Source: Candidatus Iainarchaeum sp.
GTDB taxonomy: Archaea; Micrarchaeota; Micrarchaeia; Burarchaeales; Fermentimicrarchaeaceae
Assembly (NCBI GenBank): GCA_028714235.1
Contig: JAQTMQ010000001.1
Coordinates: 10,218-74,217 of the forward strand
Reading direction: 5' to 3'
DNA length: 64,000 nucleotides
The translations under genes were made by a program, and so were the position numbers. Positions within the stretch are counted from its first letter, which is position 1. Each line of letters opens with the position of its first letter. Below the pieces are notes generated by a model. It worked only from the letters and a program-made list of their open reading frames with translations, was not told where the DNA came from and did not search any database. Shown in pieces: positions 38,176-47,188 of this stretch.

Positions 38176-39073
38176 TTTGGTGGAAGGCACGGTAACGCGG
38201 ACGGCGCTTCCGCTGAAATTGCATGGGCGGGGGAAGGTGAGGGACACTTACGAGCTTGGGGACTCCCTCCTCATGGTTGCGACGGACCGGCTTTCCGCGT
38301 TCGACGTGGTGTTCGGGGAGGGGATTCCGCTCAAGGGCGTGGTCTTGACGCAGATGTCCGCGTTCTGGTTCAAGGAAACCGGGAAAATCGTGAGGAACCA
38401 CATGATTTCTGCGGAGTTTTCCGATTTCGCCTCCGGGCTTGAGGGCTTCCGGGACGTGCTGGACGGGCGCAGCATGCTCGTCGAGAAGAGCGTGCCGCTG
38501 AAGGTGGAGTGCGTCGTGCGCGGCTACATCTCCGGGAGCGCGTGGAAGTCCTACAAGGCGACGGGCGAGGCGTGCGGAATCAGGCTGCCTTCCGGCCTTG
38601 AGGAAAGCGGGATGCTTCCCGAGCCGATTTTCACCCCGACCACGAAGGCGGAGGAGGGCCATGACGAGGACATCGGCTTCAGGGAGGTTGCGCGGCTTCT
38701 CGGCAAGGATGACGCCGAGTTCGTGCGCGAGAAATCCATCCAGGTTTACGAGTTCGCGAGGAAGCAGGCCGAGAAAAAAGGGATAATAATCGCTGACACG
38801 AAAATGGAGTTCGGCAGGGTTGGCGGCGAGGTGATTTTGATTGACGAGCTCCTCACGCCCGACTCGTCGCGATTCTGGCCCAAGGCCGGATACGCGCCCG
38901 GAAAGCCGCAGGATTCGTTTGACAAGCAGGCCGTGCGCGACTACGTCGAAAAAACCGGGTGGGACAAGCGCCCTCCCCCTCCGCGCCTGCCGCCGGAAAT
39001 AATCGGGAGCACGTCCAGGCGCTACGTAGAGGCGTACGAGATGGTTACGGAAAAAAAGCTTGCCGTAAGGTGA
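38176..39073 (+). CDS. purC: Phosphoribosylaminoimidazole-succinocarboxamide synthase
   Basis: SAICAR synthetase motifs (GKVRDTYELGDSLLMVATDRLSAFD); non-ATG start, exact start uncertain. Confidence 0.8.
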
Positions 39074-39077
39074 TGTT

Positions 39078-39518
39078 GTGGCCGAGGTTGCGATAATAGT
39101 GGGAAGCGAGTCCGACATGAAGCACGCGGAAAATGCGGCCGAGGTGCTCAAGAGGATTGGGATAGGGCATTCGGTTGACGTCGCGAGCGCGCACCGGGAC
39201 CCGGAAAGGCTCGAGCGCCTCGTCGCGAACTCGGAGGCCAAGGTCTTCATCGCGGTCGCGGGCCTGTCGGCGGCCCTTCCCGGCGCGATCGCGGCGAGGA
39301 CGGCGAGGCCGGTCATCGGCGTGCCGGTGGATGTGAAGCTTGAGGGGCTTGACGCGTTCCTCTCGATGGCGCAGATGCCGGCGGGCGTTCCCGTCGCGGT
39401 CGTCGGGGTCGGGAACGCGAAGAACGCGGCGATTCTTGCAGCGGAAATCCTTTCGCTCGCGGACGGCGCGTACGCGAGGAAGCTTGCCGAATACAGGAAC
39501 TCGCTCAGGAAAAGCTAG
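39078..39518 (+). CDS. purE: N5-carboxyaminoimidazole ribonucleotide mutase
   Basis: PurE signature (IIVGSESD, AGLSAALPG). Confidence 0.85.
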   Translation: MAEVAIIVGSESDMKHAENAAEVLKRIGIGHSVDVASAHRDPERLERLVANSEAKVFIAVAGLSAALPGAIAARTARPVIGVPVDVKLEGLDAFLSMAQMPAGVPVAVVGVGNAKNAAILAAEILSLADGAYARKLAEYRNSLRKS

Positions 39519-40729
39519 GGGACGAGGACCGAGCGGATTACGAGCCTTGCTATCCCCGACTTCCTGCCGGAGAGCTTCGCTTGCCCGCCGCCCTTGGTGA
39601 TGACGATGACCTCGTTCGTGTCGACCGCGAAGCCCGCGCCTTCGCGCGACACGTCGTTTGCGACGACCGCGTCCGCCCTGCAGGAAGCCATTTTTTCCTT
39701 CGCCTTCCGGATTAGCTCGGCGTCGCCCACCCCGCTTTCCGCCTTGAACAGGACGAGCTTTGCGCGCGGGTTCCAGCCCTTGACCTTGTCCGAAATCTTG
39801 GGCGCAGGGGACAAGCCGAGCCCGAATCCGGCAAGGGAAGGGGTTTTCCCGGCGGATTTCTTCGCGGTGAAGTCGCCGACCGACGCCGCAAGGATTACCG
39901 CGTCCGATTTTTTCGCGCGCGCCCTGACTTCGGAAAGCATCCGCTGCGCGCTTTCCGCCTTCACGACGCTTATCTGGCCGGGCACGCGGACCTCGAGGTG
40001 GCCCGCGACGAGCGTCACGTCCGCGCCTTGCGCGTACGCTTCAGCGGCGAGAGCGGCGCCCATCCTCCCGGTCCCAGGGTTTGAGATGAAGCGCACGTCG
40101 TCAAAGAATTCGCGCGTGGCGCCGGCGGTGACGAGGACGCGCTTTCCCTTCAGGGGAAGGCGCGAGAGGGCGCGCGCGCATTCGAGCGCGACGTCGCGGA
40201 CGTCCGGAAACTTGGCCTTGCCTTCGCAAAGCTCGGGCTGCATGACGGTAACGCCCCTCTCCCGGAGTTTCCCCACGTTTTCGGAAACGAACGGGTTTTG
40301 GTAGATGCTCGCGTGCATTGCGGGAACGAGTATGACCGGGGTGCTGGAGCCTAGCGCCGTGCTCGCGAACGTCGTCACGGTGGTGTCGTCAATCCCGTTC
40401 GCGATTTTTCCGAGGGTGTTCGCGGTGCACGGCGCGACCACGAGAAGGTCCGCCTTGCCGCCGGCCTCCCCGCAGAGATTGACGTGCTCGCAATCGCCGG
40501 AAAGCGCGGTGACGACCGGGTTTCCGGTGGCCCAGTGGAGGAGTTCCGCGCCGACGAGGCGTTGCGCGGACCCGCTCATCACGCAATGGACCTCCGCGCC
40601 GTTGCGCATGAGCTCGCGCGCGAGGTCGGCCGAGCGCGCCGCGGCGACGCTTCCCGTGACGCAAAGGCAGATTTTTTTGCCTGAAAGCGCTCTCCCGCTT
40701 GAGCCGGTTATGGATTTGGACGAGTGCAT
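39515..40729 (-). CDS. coaBC: Bifunctional phosphopantothenoylcysteine decarboxylase / phosphopantothenate-cysteine ligase
   Basis: N-terminal flavoprotein domain (ICLCVTGSVAA) and C-terminal DFP/CoaB domain. Confidence 0.85.
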   Translation of the reverse strand: MHSSKSITGSSGRALSGKKICLCVTGSVAAARSADLARELMRNGAEVHCVMSGSAQRLVGAELLHWATGNPVVTALSGDCEHVNLCGEAGGKADLLVVAPCTANTLGKIANGIDDTTVTTFASTALGSSTPVILVPAMHASIYQNPFVSENVGKLRERGVTVMQPELCEGKAKFPDVRDVALECARALSRLPLKGKRVLVTAGATREFFDDVRFISNPGTGRMGAALAAEAYAQGADVTLVAGHLEVRVPGQISVVKAESAQRMLSEVRARAKKSDAVILAASVGDFTAKKSAGKTPSLAGFGLGLSPAPKISDKVKGWNPRAKLVLFKAESGVGDAELIRKAKEKMASCRADAVVANDVSREGAGFAVDTNEVIVITKGGGQAKLSGRKSGIARLVIRSVLVP

Positions 40730-40730
40730 G

Positions 40731-42599
40731 CTAGCCGCCCCTTTTCCCCGCGGCCGCCTTGCGGCCCGCCTGGCCGCGGCTTCCGCCGCCCGCCTCCTTG
40801 AGCCGCCTCTCCATCGCCCTGAAGACGACGACGTTGACCGCCTGCGTGACCACGAGCATCGCGGCGAGCAGGAAAATCAGGGCCGTGTCCGTGCCCGTTG
40901 GGCCAGCGGCTTGCCTTGCGGGCGCGGCCGTCGCCTGCGGCGTGGCTTGCGCCGCCGGCGCCGTGCCCGGGTTTGCGAGGTACTCCTTGGCCAGGGTCGC
41001 GTCCTCGCCGAAACGTTTTGCGATGCAGCCGATAGTGACGGTGTTGCGGGAGCCCGGATTGCCGTCAGCGATGCTGTAGAAGCTCGAGTGGGCGAAGAAA
41101 AGCGCGGACCAGAGCGTGCTTCCCTTCGTTGACGCGAGCCCGCTTCCAAGCTCGCCCGCCTGCGCGGCACTCAGGTTGGACGCATTTTCCGCGTCCGCGA
41201 AAGCGAGAACGTAGTCCGCGTCAAGGAGCGCCGCAAGATAGTATCCGGATTCAAGCGCGGTTTTCGCGCCGAGCGCGTGCCATTCCGCGTCGCTTCCCGA
41301 AACGAGGCCGGAGTCGAGCATCCCGCGCGCGCCCGAGACCCGGCTTCCGGCGAACGCTTCGAGCACGGACTCGTTCACCCGCCCGCCCCCGAGCGGGGAG
41401 GCGGCGGCGTAAAGGCCTTGCGCGATTTCGCACCAGCCCTGCGCGTAAAGCGCGTCCTCGTAAAGGCCGAGCAGCCCCTCCTGCGACGAGGACTCGTTTT
41501 CCTCCCTTGAGCGGACCTCGGAAAGCTTCAGCCTCGCCCAGGTCGCGCGCATGTCGCCTCCGGCGACGAACTCCACGCTTGAATCCGTGGGCGCGGGCCG
41601 CGAAAGGCCGCCCGTGCACGCGTCCACGCGGGAAAGGAGCAGGTCGAGCCCGTCTTTCGTGACCGCCGCATTCGCGAGGAGCTTGGCGTCTATGTACGCG
41701 AGGAAGGCGTTGTTCGCGCCGGTGTAGTAATAGCCCTTGTCGAACATCTCGTGGCTGTCCGCCGCGCTTTTCTGCAGGTACGGGATGAGCGCCGAATTGT
41801 CCCCGGCCCCGGACTGGGCGGCCGCGATTGCCTCGTCCATGTCGGAAATCATGCCTTGCGAGAACTGCCTGAACGAGTCAATCCCGCATGCCGCGCACTC
41901 GTAGGAGTACGCGGGAAGCCCGGAGATGGGTCCGCCGGCCCGTTGCGGCGGAAGCTCGGGGCTTGAGCCGGGCGGCGAGAAAGCGAGGGCTTCCGCCTCG
42001 CGTATGGATGAAATCTCGTAAACCGAGATTCCGAGCCGCTTGCGCTCGGAGGCAACCAGGATCTTGTCGAAAATGCTTGAGCTCGCGGGCACCGCGACCA
42101 CGGTTATCCCTTCCTTTGCCGCCGCCTCGATCTTGCTCGGGACCCCTCCGACGCCGCCGACCGAGCCGTCGCCGCTGACCGTTCCGGTGATGGTGAAGTC
42201 GCCGCGAATCTGTTTTCCCGTGAGCGCGGAGATGGTGAGGAGCGCCATCGCCGCTCCGGCGCTAGGGCCGTCAACGGTTCTCGCCTTGTCCGCGTCAAGC
42301 GAGACGAGGATGTCGTAAGATGAGGCGTTCATTCCCGCCGCGGACATGCCTGCCGCGACCGCGGTGCGCGCGGATGACTGCGTGTCCGAGCCAATTAGCG
42401 GCGAAGTCGCGACGAAGACGAGGCCTGTCCCGTTCCTCGCCTCGAGGTTCATGCGGATCATCTGCCCGTTTTGCCCCGCCTGCCCCCCGCCTTCCAGGGC
42501 GACGGCCGGGACGAGCATGGTGACTGTCGCGGCCAGCGAAACGGCGCCGAACAGGACTAGGAAGAACGCGATGCGCCCAAGCCTAGCCGACCTTTCCAT
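40731..42599 (-). CDS. Secreted, C-terminally membrane-anchored protein with Lon-type S16 protease domain
   Basis: N-terminal signal/TM, catalytic serine signature DGPSAGAAMALLTISALTG, long extracellular region, C-terminal TM and basic tail. Confidence 0.6.
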   Translation of the reverse strand: MERSARLGRIAFFLVLFGAVSLAATVTMLVPAVALEGGGQAGQNGQMIRMNLEARNGTGLVFVATSPLIGSDTQSSARTAVAAGMSAAGMNASSYDILVSLDADKARTVDGPSAGAAMALLTISALTGKQIRGDFTITGTVSGDGSVGGVGGVPSKIEAAAKEGITVVAVPASSSIFDKILVASERKRLGISVYEISSIREAEALAFSPPGSSPELPPQRAGGPISGLPAYSYECAACGIDSFRQFSQGMISDMDEAIAAAQSGAGDNSALIPYLQKSAADSHEMFDKGYYYTGANNAFLAYIDAKLLANAAVTKDGLDLLLSRVDACTGGLSRPAPTDSSVEFVAGGDMRATWARLKLSEVRSREENESSSQEGLLGLYEDALYAQGWCEIAQGLYAAASPLGGGRVNESVLEAFAGSRVSGARGMLDSGLVSGSDAEWHALGAKTALESGYYLAALLDADYVLAFADAENASNLSAAQAGELGSGLASTKGSTLWSALFFAHSSFYSIADGNPGSRNTVTIGCIAKRFGEDATLAKEYLANPGTAPAAQATPQATAAPARQAAGPTGTDTALIFLLAAMLVVTQAVNVVVFRAMERRLKEAGGGSRGQAGRKAAAGKRGG

Positions 42600-42638
42600 G
42601 CGAGACCCCTGAAACCTTTCCGCGCGATGGCGGGGGTA

Positions 42639-42754
42639 TGCGGCTGCCGGGATATTCAGCCGGGCTGAATGCGCGTTTGCGCAAGCAAACCGGCGTTTGA
42701 ACCCGGGTTACGGGCTTGGGAAGCCCAGGTCCTACCAGGCTAGACTACAGCCGC
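42639..42754 (-). tRNA. tRNA-Gly (anticodon CCC) with T-loop intron identical to that of tRNA-Gly(TCC) at 32.2 kb
   Basis: Reverse-complement fold: gcggctg-ta-gtctagcctggtaggac-c-tgggc-ttCCCaa-gcccg-taac-ccggg-ttcaaa[identical 41-nt insert]t-cccgg-cagccgc-a. Confidence 0.65.
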
Positions 42755-42793
42755 ACCGGAACCCCGGCCGCTCTCCTGCGCTCGAAAAGGGAT

Positions 42794-43564
42794 TCAACGG
42801 ATGTACGTGAGCTCCTTGCCTGCGAGCGCGCCTTCCTGCACCTGCTTCTGCTTGGCGGCCTCCTGCTCGATGCGCTTCATGAACTTCTCGCTTTCCTTGG
42901 CGCGCATCTCGAGCTTCTTCGTGTCAATCTTGAACTCGAGAATCTTCGAAAGCACTTCGAGGACCGACTGCGCGGACTTCGCGTCAACGTATCCCCCGTG
43001 GGTTTCGCCCATGAGGCACGCGCCGCTCATTCCCCGCAGCTTTCCGATTCCGAGGAGCAGGCCGGCCGCGCCGATTATCGAGCCCTTCGCCTCGCCGAAC
43101 TGGATGCCGTACCGCTTCAGCTCCTCGGCGACCTTCATGTGGGTCGCCGAGCCGTACACTTTCGGGTTCGCTACCGCACGGCCCACGCCGTATCCGCCCA
43201 GCGTGTAGATGCGCTTGCCGCCGAGGGATTCGAAGTAGTCCAGGATTTCGCCGCAGACCTGGAACTGCGACTCTGGCGTCACCGCCTGCACGTCGCCCAC
43301 GAGGACGACGATGTCGTGCCTTTTCCCCCGGATGACGTAAAACTTGTTTTTGAGCATGCGCAGGATTCCTTTCTTGAGCATTAGGACCTGGTGCGGGAAG
43401 TGCGAGGAGTAGAGCTCGGCGACCTTTTCGGCCTTCAGCTCCTTTATCATGTGCTCCGCCGCGAGCTTGCCGACGAGCCCGATTCCCGGAAGCCCTTCCA
43501 CTAGGACCGGGCTTTTGAGCCTGACTTTTTTTGACACGATGAGCGTTTCCTTCATTTCAACCAC
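42794..43564 (-). CDS. PAC2-family proteasome assembly chaperone-like protein
   Basis: PAC2 family N-terminal pattern (PVLVEGLPGIGLVGKLAAEHMI); position in the conserved archaeal cluster. Confidence 0.6.
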   Translation of the reverse strand: MVEMKETLIVSKKVRLKSPVLVEGLPGIGLVGKLAAEHMIKELKAEKVAELYSSHFPHQVLMLKKGILRMLKNKFYVIRGKRHDIVVLVGDVQAVTPESQFQVCGEILDYFESLGGKRIYTLGGYGVGRAVANPKVYGSATHMKVAEELKRYGIQFGEAKGSIIGAAGLLLGIGKLRGMSGACLMGETHGGYVDAKSAQSVLEVLSKILEFKIDTKKLEMRAKESEKFMKRIEQEAAKQKQVQEGALAGKELTYIR

Positions 43565-43582
43565 TCGGAATCCATCCTAACA

Positions 43583-43756
43583 TTATGAGGCCGAAGCATT
43601 GCCTTCGGGGAACCTGTACCTCCTCCTGTAAGCCGCCCACTTGTCCTCGCTTGAATACTTGGGGGGCGCTGAAGTTCCGGCCGCGCCGCCGCATTTCGCG
43701 CACTTCTGGGAAAGCGTGTAGGCGCCGCATTCCCTGCACTTGAGGATTTTCCTCAT
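43583..43756 (-). CDS. nop10: H/ACA RNP protein Nop10 (57 aa; missed by ORF track)
   Basis: Own translation MRKILKCRECGAYTLSQKCAKCGGAAGTSAPPKYSSEDKWAAYRRRYRF...; zinc-ribbon CxxC...CxxC and conserved Nop10 tail. Confidence 0.75.
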   Translation of the reverse strand: MRKILKCRECGAYTLSQKCAKCGGAAGTSAPPKYSSEDKWAAYRRRYRFPEGNASAS

Positions 43757-44592
43757 TTCGGGTTCGCCCCCTCGCGCTCGAACTCGACCACGCCCGCGCT
43801 CTTGACGCGCCTGATTACCGCCGCGTTCGCCTCCTCGAGCGCCTTCTCGGCCGCCTTGTACTCGCCGGCCTTGACGCTCAGCCGGTAGCGGGGCGCGCCG
43901 ATGTAGTGCGCGGTGACCTCGGCCTCGCCCTTGCCGACGGCGACGGCGTCCTTGAACGCCGCCTTTATCACGTCGATTGCGTCGGGCAGGTAGACCGTGA
44001 CCATCGCGGTTTCCGTTATCACGACTTCGGGCCGGTGGATGTTCGCGACCGCGACCTCGGAGAGCGCCTTCTTCCAGTCGCCGGGAATGGCGAGGCCCTC
44101 GAAGGCGGCTTCGCCATTGAACGAGATTGCCTCAAGGGCGGAATAGAGGTCCGGGTACTTGGAGAGGAGCGCGCTTCCGACGCTCGCGTGCGCCTTCGCG
44201 ATTTCGGTTTTCGTCTTTTTCGCGCAGAGCTCGAACAGCTTTGCCACGCGCTTCTCGCGCTTGTACGCCTCCATCTTCAGCTTCTTGTCCGCCTCCGTGA
44301 CCCTGCGGAGGGAGAGGTCCACCTGGTCCTTTTCGGGCGTCACGCGGTGGACGCGCGCCACGATTTTCTGGCCTTCCTTCAGGAACTCGTGGATGTTCTT
44401 CACCCAGCGCGACGCGACCTCGCTCACGTGGATGAACGCCTCCCTGTTCCCGTACTCGTCAAGCGTGCAGAACGCGCCGTAAGGCATGATTTTCCTCACG
44501 GTCGCAATCGTCAGGCTGTCCAGCTCCGGAAGGCCCGCCTTCGCTGCGCCTCCCGCAGCGGGCTTCGCTTGCTGGCCTGTTTCCCTTGCCAT
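43753..44592 (-). CDS. eif2a: Translation initiation factor 2 alpha subunit
   Basis: S1 domain then alpha-helical and C-terminal domains; conserved archaeal context. Confidence 0.9.
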   Translation of the reverse strand: MARETGQQAKPAAGGAAKAGLPELDSLTIATVRKIMPYGAFCTLDEYGNREAFIHVSEVASRWVKNIHEFLKEGQKIVARVHRVTPEKDQVDLSLRRVTEADKKLKMEAYKREKRVAKLFELCAKKTKTEIAKAHASVGSALLSKYPDLYSALEAISFNGEAAFEGLAIPGDWKKALSEVAVANIHRPEVVITETAMVTVYLPDAIDVIKAAFKDAVAVGKGEAEVTAHYIGAPRYRLSVKAGEYKAAEKALEEANAAVIRRVKSAGVVEFEREGANPK

Positions 44593-44593
44593 T

Positions 44594-44752
44594 TCAGAGG
44601 ACCTTTATTACCTTGCCCAGAATCTTCACGCGCCCGCCCCTTGGGTCGGCGAGCGGCTTCTGGCAGCGCAGGCACTTCACTTCCATCGCGGCGTTGCCGA
44701 AAATGTTTTGCTCGCTTCCGCACTCGCATTTCACGCGCAGGAACCTTGACAC
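44594..44752 (-). CDS. rps27e: Ribosomal protein S27e
   Basis: C-terminal 52 aa of the 44594..45094 ORF: MSRFLRVKCECGSEQNIFGNAAMEVKCLRCQKPLADPRGGRVKILGKV; C4 zinc finger. Confidence 0.8.
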   Translation of the reverse strand: MSRFLRVKCECGSEQNIFGNAAMEVKCLRCQKPLADPRGGRVKILGKVIKVL

Positions 44753-44775
44753 CGGACACACCCCTTCGGCTTGCC

Positions 44776-45057
44776 TCAAGCCGTGACCTCGAGCTTTTTC
44801 CTCGTCCTCGTGCCTATCGTGCGCTCGATTTTCTTGTTGCACACGGTGCAGTTGAGGACGACTTTCTGCCTCTTCCCCTGCTTCTTCACCGTCTTTTCGC
44901 CCGCAACCTTGCCGACGTAGCCGGTCAGCTTCCTCGCGTGCTTGAGCTGGCCCCACGCCATGGTGCGCGCGGTGCCCTTCGAGTAAAGCTTCGCCTTGTG
45001 CGGCGTCTGCTTCCGGCAGTACGGGCAGTACGTGTTTGAAGTTGAAGGGTATTTCAT
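44776..45057 (-). CDS. rpl44e: Ribosomal protein L44e
   Basis: MKYPSTSNTYCPYCRKQTPHK... C4 zinc-ribbon L44e. Confidence 0.85.
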   Translation of the reverse strand: MKYPSTSNTYCPYCRKQTPHKAKLYSKGTARTMAWGQLKHARKLTGYVGKVAGEKTVKKQGKRQKVVLNCTVCNKKIERTIGTRTRKKLEVTA

Positions 45058-45149
45058 GATTAATCACCTGATAGCATTGCTGGTAAAAGCCCAAAAATCG
45101 GACCTACCGACGCTGACGCCTATTTTTCGCAGGACGCCCTTAAAAAGCA

Positions 45150-45646
45150 TGCCTTTGCGCTCCGGGAGAGGGCGGAAGGCGGCTGCCGGTTCGCCCGCGC
45201 AACGGGGAGCGGGGGAAGGGAATCCGGGGGGTATAATAGGCCTTAAAGGCAAAACCGTTTCCGTGGCGAACTACGTCAAGGGCGCGAGAAGCGAGCGCGA
45301 GCTGATTCGGCTTTTCTCGGAGAAGGGCTACTCGGTGATTCGCGCGGCCGGAAGCGGGGTCGCGGGCGGCTGCCCGGACCTGCTCGCCTTCCGGAGGGGC
45401 GCGCAGTACGCCTTCGAGTGCAAGGCGTGGAACGCGGAAAGGGTCGCGATCGACAGGAGGCATTACCTCGCCTTGCGCGCGTGGGAGGAGAACACCGGAA
45501 TCACCACGATGGTCGCGTGGAAGATTGACAGGATTGGCTGGCACTTCATCTACCTCTCCGAGCTCGAGGAGAACCCTGGAAGCCATTCGCTTTCAAGGAA
45601 AAGGGCGGTCGAGATGGGGAGGAAGATTGACAGCGTGCTCAGGTGA
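45150..45646 (+). CDS. hjc: Holliday junction resolvase Hjc (start uncertain, possibly GTG near 45261)
   Basis: KGARSERELIRLFSEKGYSVIRAAGSG...PDLLAFRRGAQYAFECKAW nuclease core. Confidence 0.7.
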
Positions 45647-45701
45647 GCAAAACCTGGGAAGGGTTAATAATCGGCGTGGAGAAGGAAGGGGCGTGGCGCG
45701 T

Positions 45702-46094
45702 ATGAGGGAGCTCGTGGTCGTGGAAGCGGACCGGGTCGGCCTTCTCGCCGACGTTTCGGAGGCGCTCGGGAAGAAGGGGGTCAACATCGAGAGCGTGAGC
45801 GCGGACGCCGTGGCAGGGAAGGCGGTGGTGCGCGTGCTCGTCAGCGACGCGAAGAAGGGGGAGAGGGCGCTCCGCGCCGCCGGCTTCAGGACGGTTTCCT
45901 CGGACACCGTCGTAGTCGAGCTTTCCGACAGGCCGGGCAGGCTTTCAACCGCCGCGCGCATCCTCTCGGACGCGGGCGTGAACCTGCTCAACGTTTATTA
46001 TCTTGGGAAGGAGAAGGGGAAGGCGCTTGTCGCGTTCAAGGTTAAGCCCAAGGACAACCTGAAGGCGAGGAGGCTCTTGAAGGATTACTTCTGA
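45702..46094 (+). CDS. Tandem ACT-domain protein
   Basis: Two ACT-like repeats (VVEADRVGLLADVSEALGKKGVNIES / VVVELSDRPGRLSTAARILSDAGVNL). Confidence 0.6.
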   Translation: MRELVVVEADRVGLLADVSEALGKKGVNIESVSADAVAGKAVVRVLVSDAKKGERALRAAGFRTVSSDTVVVELSDRPGRLSTAARILSDAGVNLLNVYYLGKEKGKALVAFKVKPKDNLKARRLLKDYF

Positions 46095-46105
46095 GGTCTT
46101 TTCGG

Positions 46106-46678
46106 ATGGCTGCTACGAAAACGAGGGCAGGCGGGGCTGAAGCGGTCGCGGAATTGAAGCGCGAGCTTGCGCCGGTTTTTCAAAACAGCTCGGGATTCAT
46201 GATACTCGGGCACGGGACCGTCCGGGAAGCGGCGGAATCGGCTCTGAAGAGCGGGTTGCGCGCGAAAATCCCGAGCCTTGAGACCACCACGGTTTTTCTC
46301 GTTGACAAGGAAAAGCGGGAGAGCGGGACCACGGCGGGCTACGCGGAGCTCTTGAATTGGCCGCACAAGGGGCTGAAAGCCGTCGTCGTCATAAAGATAC
46401 CGAAGGAAGCCACGAGCCGCGAGAGGCGGAAAAACAACAGGCGCTCCCTTGACGAGCACCTGTGGATCCATGGCCACGAGAAGGACACGGCGGATTCCGC
46501 CAACTGGGTTCTCCCGCCCAAATACATCGCGGGATACGTTGACGTGGAGAGGCTCAGGTTCGTGAAAAACCCCCTTTTCGAGCAGAACCCGGCGCTTCCG
46601 GGCCCGCTGCCTCCCCGGCCCGTTCCGGAGTGGGTCAAGGGATTGGATGGTAAGGGGCGAAAGCTGGCCGAAGGCTGA
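46106..46678 (+). CDS. Hypothetical protein
   Basis: 190-aa ORF; no family recognised. Confidence 0.4.
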   Translation: MAATKTRAGGAEAVAELKRELAPVFQNSSGFMILGHGTVREAAESALKSGLRAKIPSLETTTVFLVDKEKRESGTTAGYAELLNWPHKGLKAVVVIKIPKEATSRERRKNNRRSLDEHLWIHGHEKDTADSANWVLPPKYIAGYVDVERLRFVKNPLFEQNPALPGPLPPRPVPEWVKGLDGKGRKLAEG

Positions 46679-46705
46679 AGCCGGTTTGCCCCGTTTTCCG
46701 AAAAA

Positions 46706-47188
46706 GTGGTGCGCATGCGAAAATTCGAGGAGCATGAAACTTCGGGCGGCAACTCGCTCCAGCAATGGCACAAGGTGAAGAGCCCGCTGCGCACGACGTT
46801 CAACTTCATCCTGGTTTCGCTGTGCAAGGTCATGCCGTCGCTTTCGGCCAAGCGCTTCCTGCTGCGCCTCACCGGGATGAGGGTGGGCGGGGGCGCGGCG
46901 GTGGGCCTCGACGCGCAGTTCGACATATTCTTTCCCGAATTGATTGAGCTCGGGGAGGACTGCATCGTCGGCTATGGGGCGACGGTTCTCGCGCACGAGT
47001 TTTTGATTGATAGATACCGGACCGGAAGAGTCAGGATAGGGGAGAAGGCGGTCGTGGGCGCGAACGCCATCGTCTTGTGCGGAGTGGAAATCGGAGACGG
47101 CGCGGTGGTGGGCGCGGGAGCGGTCGTGACTGAAAGCGTTCCCGCGGGCGCGTTTGCGGCTGGCGTCCCGGCAAGGGTGCAGGGGTGA
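46706..47188 (+). CDS. Hexapeptide-repeat (LbH) acetyltransferase
   Basis: Repeated [LIV]G..xx[LIV] hexapeptides (IGEKAVVGANAIVLCGVEIGDGAVVGAGAVV). Confidence 0.7.
   Translation: MVRMRKFEEHETSGGNSLQQWHKVKSPLRTTFNFILVSLCKVMPSLSAKRFLLRLTGMRVGGGAAVGLDAQFDIFFPELIELGEDCIVGYGATVLAHEFLIDRYRTGRVRIGEKAVVGANAIVLCGVEIGDGAVVGAGAVVTESVPAGAFAAGVPARVQG

Noticed and set aside
36370-38247. 625-aa minus-strand ORF (and many similar long ORFs, e.g. 2065..3288, 3285..4457, 48937..50346, 50315..51808, 53971..55338)
   Set aside because: Arg/Pro/Ala/Gly-rich low-complexity translations lying antisense to well-supported conserved genes; typical spurious ORFs of GC-rich DNA.
43557-43739. 60-aa minus ORF
   Set aside because: Overlaps Nop10 in another frame; Nop10 translation is the conserved one.
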